Shown here piece after piece: positions 8,713-16,683 of a stretch of DNA of 39,730 bases. A program made the position numbers and the translations under genes. The notes beneath the pieces are model-generated. The model did not search any database, was not told the origin of the DNA, and saw only the letters and a list, made by a program, of their open reading frames with translations. The stretch spans positions 1 to 39,730 of the forward strand of contig CAYRBW010000001.1 in NCBI GenBank assembly GCA_964422575.1, written 5' to 3'. The DNA is from an uncultured Limnohabitans sp. (lineage in GTDB: Bacteria > Pseudomonadota > Gammaproteobacteria > Burkholderiales > Burkholderiaceae_C). The number at the start of each line of letters is the position of its first letter. Position 1 is the first letter of the stretch.

Positions 8713-10442
8713 TGGCCACCCAGCTCACGACCATGGCCACACAAGCGCACCAAGACCCTGGCATGCGGCAGTTACTTGCCAAACTGTCTGGCCAACGCGT
8801 CATTGCGTTCAACATCAATTTGGCCAGGGTTTGTGGCGATGTCAAAGCAGCCCTGTTCGCCAGCCAGTTGCTTTACTGGACACGTGTGGGCCCAGAAGTC
8901 CAAAGCACGGGTGGCTGGGTGTTTAAAACCCGTGAGCAATGGCAAACGGAAACCGGGCTCAGCCGATTTGAGCAGGAGTCAGCACGTAAACGCCTGCAGA
9001 GCTTGTCATTGATTGAACAGGCTCGTGTGGGTGCCCCCCCCATGAGCTGCTTCAGGATGGTGCTACCTGAGCTGGGCAAAGCCCTTTCCAGCCTGCTCAA
9101 TCAGCCACAGCCGCCTCAGCAATGGAGTTTGTTTGCCTTGCGCTCCAGCGAGGCCCACATTCGCCAGCTGCTGGGACGCAACATGGCGTACTACACCGTG
9201 TTTGCGCAAATCACCGACTCAATGCCCGCAGCGGTATTGCTGACCAAAGCCTTGGCCCTGCACACCATGGTGCTTCAAAAAGCCAAAGCCCAAGCAGGTG
9301 CCGAATGGTTCAGCCTGACTGCTCAGCAGTGGCAAGACGAAACTGGGTTGCGTGCCGCCCAGCTTCGTCTTGCAAAGCAAAAATTATGCCAATTAAATAT
9401 TCTGCAAGAAGCCTTGCAGACTTACCCTTTGCGACGCACTTACTGGCGCGTCGATGTCGCTGTTGTCAGCCAATTGCTGACAACACACATGGGCAGCGCA
9501 TCCACCAATTTGCTGGGTCGGATTCTGGCGATGGCACAAGGCGCTTCGGCGCATCAAAAACACGAAGCCGTCGTTCCCGGGGGAAGAGCTGGCACGAAAC
9601 GTTCCACTGGATACCCGGTACCCACTGAGACAAAATGGCCCAGTGTGTCCCCGGGACACAGTGAGACAAAGTGGCCCACCAACCCAACGGGCGTTTCAAA
9701 CATAGGCCATGTTGAGAAAAAAAGCTCTCAATTGGTCAGTTTTGCCCATTCGGTAAATCCAGAAGGCGAGTTATCGCATGTCAATCGGTCAGTTTCTGCA
9801 CATCAGACGGCTACTTTTAGCAAGACCAGCGGTCAGTTATCGCAGGACCTGCGGCTAGTTTCAGCACCTCTACATGCGCGCGCGATTCAGATTACAAACA
9901 AGATTACAACCACAACTACAGCACCGCGTGTTGTCACGCCGTTGGTGAACAAGCCCGATGTGGTGGTGGTTCTTGTTTGGCCACCAGGCATGCAAGGCAT
10001 GCAAGTCTCAGCATCTGCCCTTTTGCAAACTACCCCGCAGGAAGCTCATCAGCGATTGCTCGATGAGCTGGCCGCCAACATGACCGATGGCAAAGTCAAA
10101 TACCCGCTGTCGTACCTTCGGCACCTTGTGGGTCTGCACAAAACAGGTTCATTGATTTTTGAGCGGGCCGATGAAGTTGCGCTTGCCCGCCAACGCAACT
10201 CCAACGCACAAGAGGTTGAGGCCGAGCGCCTCAAGCGATCCATCCAAAACATGAATGCCACTCCCACAGGAATGGCTGATGCATCTGGGAATGTCAGCAA
10301 CACCGCCCCTGAAGCCACATCTGAACAAACCAAGCTAGCTCGCGCCAGGTTGGAGCAGTTGCGTGAGGAAATGCGGCAGCAAGTTGCCCTGCCATTTGCC
10401 AATCGGTTTTCTACTCGTCCTTCCATCAACTCAACCAAATAA
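8712..10442 (+). CDS. Phage-like replication initiator with two tandem wHTH domains
   Basis: Two copies of A(A)LL..W...QW..ETGL...Q..A...L; internal iterons; ITNKITTTTT linker; occupies the ICE rep position. Confidence 0.75.
   Translation: MATQLTTMATQAHQDPGMRQLLAKLSGQRVIAFNINLARVCGDVKAALFASQLLYWTRVGPEVQSTGGWVFKTREQWQTETGLSRFEQESARKRLQSLSLIEQARVGAPPMSCFRMVLPELGKALSSLLNQPQPPQQWSLFALRSSEAHIRQLLGRNMAYYTVFAQITDSMPAAVLLTKALALHTMVLQKAKAQAGAEWFSLTAQQWQDETGLRAAQLRLAKQKLCQLNILQEALQTYPLRRTYWRVDVAVVSQLLTTHMGSASTNLLGRILAMAQGASAHQKHEAVVPGGRAGTKRSTGYPVPTETKWPSVSPGHSETKWPTNPTGVSNIGHVEKKSSQLVSFAHSVNPEGELSHVNRSVSAHQTATFSKTSGQLSQDLRLVSAPLHARAIQITNKITTTTTAPRVVTPLVNKPDVVVVLVWPPGMQGMQVSASALLQTTPQEAHQRLLDELAANMTDGKVKYPLSYLRHLVGLHKTGSLIFERADEVALARQRNSNAQEVEAERLKRSIQNMNATPTGMADASGNVSNTAPEATSEQTKLARARLEQLREEMRQQVALPFANRFSTRPSINSTK
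9764..9873 (+). repeat. Five tandem 22-bp-period iterons inside rep (candidate oriV)
   Basis: AGGCGAGTTATCGCA at 9764, CGGTCAGTTTCTGCA at 9786, CGGCTACTTTTAGCA at 9808, CGGTCAGTTATCGCA at 9830, CGGCTAGTTTCAGCA at 9852. Confidence 0.8.
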
Positions 10443-10446
10443 ATCC

Positions 10447-11574
10447 ATGGTCACTGATGTCACTCCCAAGCCACGTGCCAAACGCAAAACCGCTTCGGCA
10501 GATGTTCAACCAGCTGCTTCGGCAGTTGCGTCAACTGATCCTGTGCAAGCCGATGTGATCTTGCCCGATGGCTACAACTTGACCGCTGAGCAAGCACGCT
10601 TGTCGCACCTGCTGGAAGCCGATACGCCTGATCACAACGATCCGCTGTATCCGGACTTCGAGCTGTATTTGTCCAAGCAACATGAGTTGGCTCAGTTGCA
10701 AGCCGAGCATCGTGCGCGGCTTGCGGCGAACCCCGAGGTGCCGCTGGATCAAGCCCGCAAGGCCAATCAGATGGGTAAGCTGCAGTCGCAGGAAGAAGAC
10801 CGCATGACGGTGCATACGATGGAGGCCATGCGGCTGTATCTGGGGGCGTCTCCAAAGCCTGGGGCAGCCGGTCGCTATCCGGTTCCCGGAGGAAGGCGTG
10901 CCGCCGCTTCACTGCGTCAGCTGTTTGTGTTGACTGCTCAAAACAACCCCTATGCAGATTGGGCATTGTGTGAGTGCGATCAAAAGCTGGGGCAGCTTAA
11001 AAAGACCATGGCTGGCCTTGAGCGGCACCATGTCAAGTTGCTCGACGACATCCGTGCCAAGGGGCTGGATTACAAGGTGCTTGCGGCAGCCACGCCTCAA
11101 AGTGTCAGCCTGGGCTACCACTCGCCCTACGGTTATGCGATGAGCATGCTGATCGTTGAGTTCGATTATCTGGTACGGGTGGTCAAAAGCGCTGAGCGCC
11201 GCGATCTGGTCAGCAAAGCCGAAGCCCATGCCGTCTTCCTGCGGGTCAAGCGCGATTGCCGCAGCCTGTTTGAGTCTGTGATCGCCGCCAGTCGAATTTT
11301 GCTCAGCGAGCCACTGCAAGGCTTGTGTCGCTCAGACTTTTTGCCGCAAGCATCTGACACCAGCCGTCAACGAGTTGCAGCCGTTCAGCACATCTTGGGC
11401 GTTGTGCCCCAGTCGGTATTTGCGGGTGACTTGACGCCACGCCATTCCCTCAGGAACGAGCGATTGTCTGGCAAGGACATGGAGATGCTGCGGCAGCTGG
11501 CTGCTTCGATGCACGCAGAACCTGAAACAGAAACCGAGCAAACACCGCCGACCTCTGATGGTCTGGTTGATTAA
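10447..11574 (+). CDS. DUF1845/TIGR03761 (InrR/AcaB-like) ICE regulator with N-terminal extension
   Basis: GKLQS...TVHT..A.RL, NNPYADW, SPYGY...EFD motifs; position between rep and DUF3158. Confidence 0.8.
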   Translation: MVTDVTPKPRAKRKTASADVQPAASAVASTDPVQADVILPDGYNLTAEQARLSHLLEADTPDHNDPLYPDFELYLSKQHELAQLQAEHRARLAANPEVPLDQARKANQMGKLQSQEEDRMTVHTMEAMRLYLGASPKPGAAGRYPVPGGRRAAASLRQLFVLTAQNNPYADWALCECDQKLGQLKKTMAGLERHHVKLLDDIRAKGLDYKVLAAATPQSVSLGYHSPYGYAMSMLIVEFDYLVRVVKSAERRDLVSKAEAHAVFLRVKRDCRSLFESVIAASRILLSEPLQGLCRSDFLPQASDTSRQRVAAVQHILGVVPQSVFAGDLTPRHSLRNERLSGKDMEMLRQLAASMHAEPETETEQTPPTSDGLVD

Positions 11575-11585
11575 GAAGGCACGGC

Positions 11586-12056
11586 ATGCACAACAACATG
11601 ATCACACAAGCAGAAATCACCCACCGCACAACCGAGACGCTTTTCAGGTTATTTCCCAATGACTTCCAAGCATTTCGTCAAACCCAGATGACATCGCAGT
11701 CGTTTGCTGTCTTGTTGGCAATGACCGAGTCCAACTGGACTGAGGCTATTGTCTTATGGGACTTGTTGATCCATCACCGGCGCTACAACGATCTGGAATA
11801 CCACAAGGAAATCAGTGCGCGTGAACTGGAGAAAAACTATCCCAAACTTTCAGCAAGAACATGCTTGCGTGCTGTTGAATCTTTGGTTGCGCAAGAAGTT
11901 GTCGTGCGGAAACCCCGCGTTCGGAACATGTCGATGTTGTTGCGCTTGGATTGGGACTGGTTTGCTTTGATGGTTCATGCCATTCCAGTGGATGCCTATA
12001 TCCCTGGCGTGACGCACACGTATTTCACAGAAGCACAGCTTCCTACTGGGGCCTGA
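11586..12056 (+). CDS. Putative winged-HTH DNA-binding protein
   Basis: EISARELEK..KLSARTCLRAVESLV pattern; RBS AAGG. Confidence 0.6.
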   Translation: MHNNMITQAEITHRTTETLFRLFPNDFQAFRQTQMTSQSFAVLLAMTESNWTEAIVLWDLLIHHRRYNDLEYHKEISARELEKNYPKLSARTCLRAVESLVAQEVVVRKPRVRNMSMLLRLDWDWFALMVHAIPVDAYIPGVTHTYFTEAQLPTGA

Positions 12057-12217
12057 TCAATGAAATTGACATCAGCTCAGTTTTTGCTTCGCAATGTGCA
12101 GTTTGTCACGTTGCGAGTGCACAGCTTGAATCTGTGTGTTGTCAGCTCCCGAGTGAACGTAAAAGCCTTTAAGGGTAAGGGAGTCCCGAATCTTTGCGCC
12201 AACCAGTTTTCTGTTCT

Positions 12218-12236
12218 TTCCCGCAGGAAAGCCTGC
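12218..12236 (+). repeat. Cassette boundary core, copy 1 (TTCCCGCAGGAAAGCCTGC)
   Basis: Identical 19-mer at 13119-13137; first 12 nt again at 13893-13904. Confidence 0.85.
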
Positions 12237-12280
12237 AACAACTCTATCTTCAACCTCAGCTCTGAGGGAGGGCTCTTGCA

Positions 12281-12847
12281 ATGAACACATACCTCATTGA
12301 CCTGGCCCGCGTCTTTGGCGTGGTGTCCCTGCTTCGACCTACGCCCAGGGACCCTCATGTGGCTGATTTGGTGCAGGCCTTCAATCGACACGGCCTGTAC
12401 ACCTTCGCATCCTGTCAAGGGCATTTGTTTGAGGGGCCTGGCGCTTATGTGGCCTTCACAACACCCATTGACGCAGCTCACTTGGAGCTTATGGCCGCAC
12501 TTGACCATCACCTTGAGATGGCGCAATTTGAAGGGAGCATCCAGCTCAACTGGTATTGGCGCATTGAGCCTTTATTCAGATCGATTCTCGAAGACTGGGT
12601 GCGCAGCGAGTCAGATGGTTATCACTATGGACCACCTCCCGAAGGCAAGAAGGAAAAGCGCACTCTGGCCTTTTGCTTGCGTCCACGCCCATGTGGGAGT
12701 TGGATCTGTGGCTTGCTCAATACCGTTTTTCCACGTGGGCGATGGGATCAAGATTTCAAGAAATTGGAGAGGTTACTTGACGATGAGCTTCCAAAGCTCA
12801 AGCAGGCTAATGAAACCCTTCTTGTCCAAATAGGTCATGAAAAATAA
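12281..12847 (+). CDS. Hypothetical protein, cassette 1 forward gene
   Basis: RBS GGAGG; DP.VADLV.AFN..GL.TFASCQGH motif reminiscent of TYW3-like folds. Confidence 0.7.
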   Translation: MNTYLIDLARVFGVVSLLRPTPRDPHVADLVQAFNRHGLYTFASCQGHLFEGPGAYVAFTTPIDAAHLELMAALDHHLEMAQFEGSIQLNWYWRIEPLFRSILEDWVRSESDGYHYGPPPEGKKEKRTLAFCLRPRPCGSWICGLLNTVFPRGRWDQDFKKLERLLDDELPKLKQANETLLVQIGHEK

Positions 12848-12991
12848 AACACCAAAAAACGCTACAGCAATCATGAACAGCCTTGTGAGTCTGCCATGCG
12901 GATCAAATTTGCCACATTTTGAGCAGGACTGCGCTTTGGGGTCGAGTGGGTTGTCACAAACAGGGCAAGAAATTGCATTGCCATTTTTCAT
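12773..12991 (-). CDS. Small zinc-ribbon membrane protein, cassette 1 reverse gene (72 aa)
   Basis: CPVC...CSKCG then a hydrophobic TM; ATG at the same position in the repeat as the cassette 2 reverse gene. Confidence 0.7.
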   Translation of the reverse strand: MKNGNAISCPVCDNPLDPKAQSCSKCGKFDPHGRLTRLFMIAVAFFGVLFFMTYLDKKGFISLLELWKLIVK

Positions 12992-13137
12992 GGGGGAGCC
13001 TTTCAAAAAAGTAGCTTTGTTGGAAAAAACAGGCATGTTCCGAACCATGGGGGTGTGCGTCCCCCACGGAACACACCCGTTTTCATCTTACCTGAGAGGC
13101 TTCCCCACCCTTATTTCATTCCCGCAGGAAAGCCTGC
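12987..13137 (-). repeat. ~145-bp structured promoter/leader repeat, copy 1
   Basis: 49-bp identity between 13064-13112 and 13835-13883; long hairpin with G-U pairs on the minus strand; TAAGAT -10-like hexamer. Confidence 0.9.
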
Positions 13138-13173
13138 GCCTGATTTTTCCACCTACCTCAATAGGAATGCTAC

Positions 13174-13572
13174 ATGTCCAGATCATCTGAATTTCACAAA
13201 ACCATGCTTCGTGAAACCTACCCTTCGTTTTTGCCCGAACCGATCATTCGATTTATCGATCGTCTGATTGCTCCCGTGGGCAAGTTGTGGCGGGCGTTTC
13301 AGGAAATGATCAAACGTTTGGTGCAGGCGGCATTCATTGTTGCGCTGCTGCCCGTGATGTTGGTGATGGCCGATCCGTTGTTTAGTGGCAAATTGTTCGG
13401 TGGCGAGGTTATGACGTTTGAGCAGTACCAACGCTTCCTTCAGTCTGCGGGGTTTTGGGGCATCACAGCCATGGTCTGCCTCGTTTACGGGGTGTTTTCT
13501 TTCTACTTCAATGGACTGGCGATCCATGTTCGTGATCGCCAGCGTGAGCAAGAAATTACCGGTAAGGATTGA
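13174..13572 (+). CDS. Hypothetical membrane protein (2 TM), cassette 2 forward gene
   Basis: Two hydrophobic segments; AGGA before ATG. Confidence 0.65.
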   Translation: MSRSSEFHKTMLRETYPSFLPEPIIRFIDRLIAPVGKLWRAFQEMIKRLVQAAFIVALLPVMLVMADPLFSGKLFGGEVMTFEQYQRFLQSAGFWGITAMVCLVYGVFSFYFNGLAIHVRDRQREQEITGKD

Positions 13573-13765
13573 CGTGATCGATCTTCGCCACCATTTCCGG
13601 CACATGGGCCGCCAGAGCATCTGGCTTCAGGGCAAGGATTTCGATGCCGTCCCGCAAGGCGTGCATCGCAATGGCCATGTTTGCGGCCAGATCGTTCAGT
13701 TGTTCCTGCGTGACTGGCTTGGCATTGTCAGCCGGTGTGGTGGTGGAGGATTGATCAGAGTTCAT
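13556..13765 (-). CDS. Small hypothetical protein, cassette 2 reverse gene (69 aa)
   Basis: ATG follows the conserved TTGAAAGGCTYCCC-C leader end shared with cassette 1. Confidence 0.65.
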   Translation of the reverse strand: MNSDQSSTTTPADNAKPVTQEQLNDLAANMAIAMHALRDGIEILALKPDALAAHVPEMVAKIDHVNPYR

Positions 13766-13904
13766 GGGGAAGCCTTTCAAAAAGGAAAGTTGTGGAAGAA
13801 ACAGGCGTGTTCCGATCCATGGAGGCGTGTACCTCCACGGAACACACCCGTTTTCATCTTACCTGAGAGGCTTCCCCACCCTTTGTTTTCCCTTCCCGCA
13901 GGAA
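13761..13904 (-). repeat. ~145-bp structured promoter/leader repeat, copy 2
   Basis: Direct repeat of 12987-13130 with a compensatory stem change (TGGGGG/CCCCCA to TGGAGG/CCTCCA). Confidence 0.9.
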
Positions 13905-13911
13905 TGACCCA

Positions 13912-14373
13912 ATGAGCACGACAACTGGCATTGGCGCTCACATCAGCGGCTTGTCCACCATGACAGGTCAGGTGAGTTTCATGAAGTTCAGATCGCAGCT
14001 TTTGACTGAGCAGCATCAGTTGCACATCCAAATGCTGGAGCTGGTCGAAAACTCAAAAATCGATGGCGCAGACATGTACCTGACGCTGCACAAGCCGCGC
14101 TCATCTGCGAAGCAGGTCGGTAACTGGCGACTGCGTTGGCGCATTCGCCATGGCGGTGAATACAAGCACGTTCTGTGGAGTGATTTGTCACATGCCCTCG
14201 GTCAATTGCCTGGTCCAGTGGTCCGGCATTTTGAAAAACTCAATCGCCGAGTTGAAGAGGTCAACACTATCGACATCGTGATTCAGCAGTCCATCAAATG
14301 GTGCGAGCTGCATTTAGGTTTGCGTGATGCCTCTTCCGTTCCTGGAGCGGGTCATCAGCAAAAACGTTCCTGA
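13912..14373 (+). CDS. DUF3158 family ICE protein (divergent)
   Basis: RLRWR motif, size, and position directly before ssb. Confidence 0.6.
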   Translation: MSTTTGIGAHISGLSTMTGQVSFMKFRSQLLTEQHQLHIQMLELVENSKIDGADMYLTLHKPRSSAKQVGNWRLRWRIRHGGEYKHVLWSDLSHALGQLPGPVVRHFEKLNRRVEEVNTIDIVIQQSIKWCELHLGLRDASSVPGAGHQQKRS

Positions 14374-14420
14374 GGGAAGGTCCTTCTGGAATTTCTTAAC
14401 CCCCACTGGAGTCAATTCAT

Positions 14421-14834
14421 ATGTCCATCGATGCAGTCATTACCGGCAACTTGCTGGAAAACCCCACACAACGCACAGTCACACTTGCCAGCGGTGAGCG
14501 CCGCATTACAGCCTTGCGTGTGATGAGTGACGTCTGGAAATCAGGTGGTGATAGTCAAGATCCCGTGCAAGACCCTACCAAAACACGTCCAGTTGCTTTG
14601 ACCATTTGGAACGAGCGATTGGGCGATTCAGTCATGGCCACCTTGCGTGCGGGTATGCGGGTCGAAGCTAAAGGTGATTTGTATTTGCATGAGTGGCATC
14701 CCAATGAAGCACAACGTGCAGAAGGCAAAAACGACCTTTACGAGTTGCGATGCGATGTCAATGACATTGGTCTCAAGCTCAATCGCATTGAAGGCGTTCA
14801 GATGCGTACACGTCAAGCCGAACCTGCAGTTTGA
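14421..14834 (+). CDS. ssb: Single-stranded DNA-binding protein (ICE type)
   Basis: GNL..NP...LRV...IW......LRAGMRVEAKGDL OB-fold pattern; C-terminal LNRIEGV. Confidence 0.85.
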   Translation: MSIDAVITGNLLENPTQRTVTLASGERRITALRVMSDVWKSGGDSQDPVQDPTKTRPVALTIWNERLGDSVMATLRAGMRVEAKGDLYLHEWHPNEAQRAEGKNDLYELRCDVNDIGLKLNRIEGVQMRTRQAEPAV

Positions 14835-14874
14835 TGACAGGATTCCTCGCTTCAAATTCCTGAAGGAACGCCCC

Positions 14875-15330
14875 ATGGCCTCAATTCAATACAGCAACCC
14901 ATTTGATCCTGTAATGCAAGAAATGCCATGGGGAATTCTGGGCGGAACCATCAAGATTCAAATTACGCGGTTCGGCTTACTCCTGATTGATGGGTGTCTT
15001 GTTGAAACAAATCAGACTACGACACAGGTAACCGTGTGTCAGGACGCCATGCGCGAGCAACTGGCTGCTTTTGCTGCAGAGGCTGGCCGCAACTGCGGTC
15101 AATCTCACGATGTGTATGTCCAAGGCTTTTCAAGCAGTGTTGATAGCCTGGCTGATCAGCTTCCCAATATTTGGAGAAGTCAATTGTTGGAACTGGCACG
15201 TGGTTTTGACTATGCAACTCCAGAGGAGCGTATGCAATCACAGCGATTGAACTCAGAGAACGGTTACTGCACGCATGGGATTGAGCTTGGTTGCTGCCCT
15301 GCAGGTTGTGGGTCGGGGCCAGACGACTGA
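14875..15330 (+). CDS. Hypothetical protein with C-terminal CxHG...CPxGC metal-binding motif
   Basis: RBS AAGGA before ATG 14875; YCTHGIELGCCPAGCG. Confidence 0.65.
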   Translation: MASIQYSNPFDPVMQEMPWGILGGTIKIQITRFGLLLIDGCLVETNQTTTQVTVCQDAMREQLAAFAAEAGRNCGQSHDVYVQGFSSSVDSLADQLPNIWRSQLLELARGFDYATPEERMQSQRLNSENGYCTHGIELGCCPAGCGSGPDD

Positions 15331-15341
15331 AGGGACATTGA

Positions 15342-16088
15342 ATGAATACCTTGTCGAGCCGTGGTCTCCGATCAGCCTCTGAATTGGCCATACATCGACC
15401 GCATGGCGATCGCTTGCGGTACATGGGTGGCTGTCGTTGCCAAGAATGCAGAAGCGCCAACACGGCGTATGAACGCCGTCGATCAATGGCGCGTGCGGCG
15501 GGAGAGTGGAATGGATTGGTAAGTGCGCAGGCCGCACGTGAGCACCTGGCGACATTGTCAAAACAGGGTGTTGGACGGCGTGCTGTCGGTGATGTGTCTG
15601 GCGTTGCTGACACGATCTTGTCGTTGATCATTTCGGGGCGAAAAATCCAAATTCGGGCAAGTACAGAGAAAGCCATATTGGCTGTCACTGCTGATGCCAA
15701 AGCTGATCATGCATTGGTTCCTGCGGGATCGACTTGGGCGCTTATTCATGAGTTGCTGGCAGACGGTTACACCAAGGGCTTTTTGGCATTGTCCATGGGC
15801 CGTAAAACGGCTGCATTGCAGCTGAAGAAAGACTTTGTCACAGTGCGCAGTGCCTATGAAGTTTCACGCCTTCACAAACGACTTCGAAAGGTCGATGCAG
15901 CACCTTATTGGTCTTTGATTGCCCAGTTGCGCGACGAAGGATACCGAATAGCCACTATTGAATCGAAGATCAGTTCACTCGCACAGCTGCGTGGGATTGC
16001 ATTCGAGGCCTTGGAGCTTGGTGCAGGGCGTATCCGTGCTGACGTTGCTGGCCTTGTGCAATTGGCACATCACCAGATGATGGAGTGA
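15342..16088 (+). CDS. Zn-binding/HTH hypothetical protein
   Basis: HG...Y..GCRC..CR.A motif followed by HTH-like segments. Confidence 0.7.
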   Translation: MNTLSSRGLRSASELAIHRPHGDRLRYMGGCRCQECRSANTAYERRRSMARAAGEWNGLVSAQAAREHLATLSKQGVGRRAVGDVSGVADTILSLIISGRKIQIRASTEKAILAVTADAKADHALVPAGSTWALIHELLADGYTKGFLALSMGRKTAALQLKKDFVTVRSAYEVSRLHKRLRKVDAAPYWSLIAQLRDEGYRIATIESKISSLAQLRGIAFEALELGAGRIRADVAGLVQLAHHQMME

Positions 16089-16091
16089 GAC

Positions 16092-16373
16092 ATGCCTGCA
16101 GTTCATTCCTTGACGCCTCTTGGCCCTGGAGCGATCAGTCTTGAGGCTCGGATGGTGCTCAAGACACTGGAGCAGAAGCCGATGTCCATTTCTGCACTTG
16201 AGCGGCATTGGCGGCCGACCTGGAGCATTGATGAAGTCCGGGCCATCGTGACACAGCTGCAGCGCCAAAACCTGATTCGCTTCACCGGATCACGTGTATT
16301 GGAGCACGGTCGCTATGTAGACCAGGTCAGACCTACTCAAATTTCAACCAACACAACGAGGGGCCGTGCATGA
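16092..16373 (+). CDS. Small putative winged-HTH protein
   Basis: RBS GGAG; VLKTLEQKPMSISAL...EVRAIVTQLQRQNLI. Confidence 0.55.
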   Translation: MPAVHSLTPLGPGAISLEARMVLKTLEQKPMSISALERHWRPTWSIDEVRAIVTQLQRQNLIRFTGSRVLEHGRYVDQVRPTQISTNTTRGRA

Positions 16374-16618
16374 GTGCCGTTCTATCGCAAATCCTACAGG
16401 AGGAGCAAGTGGTGATTGGTGCCGTCACGATGAGGATGGTGCAGGGCTTGTTGTTTTCTCACTTTGCCAAACGTGGCCGTGGTCGACCTAAAAAGAACAC
16501 GGAAGTGTCGCGCTTGATTCGCGGTTTTAAGGCCATGGTCAATGCTTCGGGAGTCCAGCTAAGTCCCCAGGAAGAGGCCGTGATTCTGAAGCAGTTGCTC
16601 AATCAAAGTCTCTTCTAG
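16370..16618 (+). CDS. Small hypothetical protein with AT-hook-like motif
   Basis: KRGRGRPKK; ATGA overlap with the previous gene. Confidence 0.55.
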   Translation: MSAVLSQILQEEQVVIGAVTMRMVQGLLFSHFAKRGRGRPKKNTEVSRLIRGFKAMVNASGVQLSPQEEAVILKQLLNQSLF

Positions 16619-16683
16619 ATGGTCTCAGTAATTCATTGTGTTTAGCAACAACAAATACGTTTTCACATTCAATGGAAATCTCA

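Noticed and set aside
12200-12236. Polypyrimidine-CAG/G resembling a splice acceptor or a mobile-intron boundary
   Set aside because: Bacterial context; no group II intron ends or reverse transcriptase in the window
12218-13904. CRISPR array or classical integron attC cassettes
   Set aside because: Units are 770-900 bp with ~145-bp repeats, no cas genes are present, and no RYYYAAC...GTTRRRY attC boxes or IntI-type gene are seen
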